Source: Octopus sinensis (taxonomy: Eukaryota). From it: 64,000 nucleotides of DNA. Shown here piece after piece: positions 63,973 to 64,000 of the stretch. The first letter of the stretch is position 1. Each line of letters begins with the position of its first letter. The notes beneath the pieces are model-generated. The model was not told the DNA's origin and made no database searches. It worked only from the letters and a program-made list of their open reading frames with translations. The position numbers were made by a program, and so were the translations under genes. The stretch covers positions 30,814,001-30,878,000 of the forward strand of contig NC_042999.1 of the NCBI RefSeq assembly GCF_006345805.1. The letters are read 5' to 3'.

Positions 63973-64000
63973 ATATGCGTCTGATGTATTATTGTATTTG

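Overview
This is an AT-rich, microsatellite-dense animal genomic window. It is most likely Octopus (coleoid cephalopod), inferred from SINE families recalled from octopus sequence; no search was run. No host protein-coding gene, rRNA, true tRNA or CRISPR array can be supported, and most ORFs in the track are translations of (TA)n, (CA)n, (GATA)n, (CAT)n or (GTA)n repeats. Almost all interpretable sequence is transposon-derived: a Tx1-clade L1-like LINE with ORF1, APE and RT in an inverted arrangement inside GATA arrays (17.8-23.6 kb); two RTE LINE remnants; a Dong/R4-like 3' end; several Penelope-like elements (PLEs), one with a near-complete RT plus GIY-YIG region (60.7-62.3 kb); a complete but dead mariner (57.6-59.1 kb); a Tc1-like deletion derivative; two Helitrons; and four tRNA-derived SINE families. 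The most notable unexplained structures are: (i) the GATA-embedded, apparently twin-primed Tx1 element; (ii) seven type I hammerhead ribozyme motifs, four with intact cores, from six unrelated sequence contexts; (iii) a ~470-bp repeat in tandem and inverted arrangement, part of which is enclosed by a 53-bp near-perfect inverted repeat; (iv) a 123-bp SINE 3' module with a fixed breakpoint found inside (TA)n. Coordinates of degenerate remnants are approximate, and all alignments and folds were done by eye.
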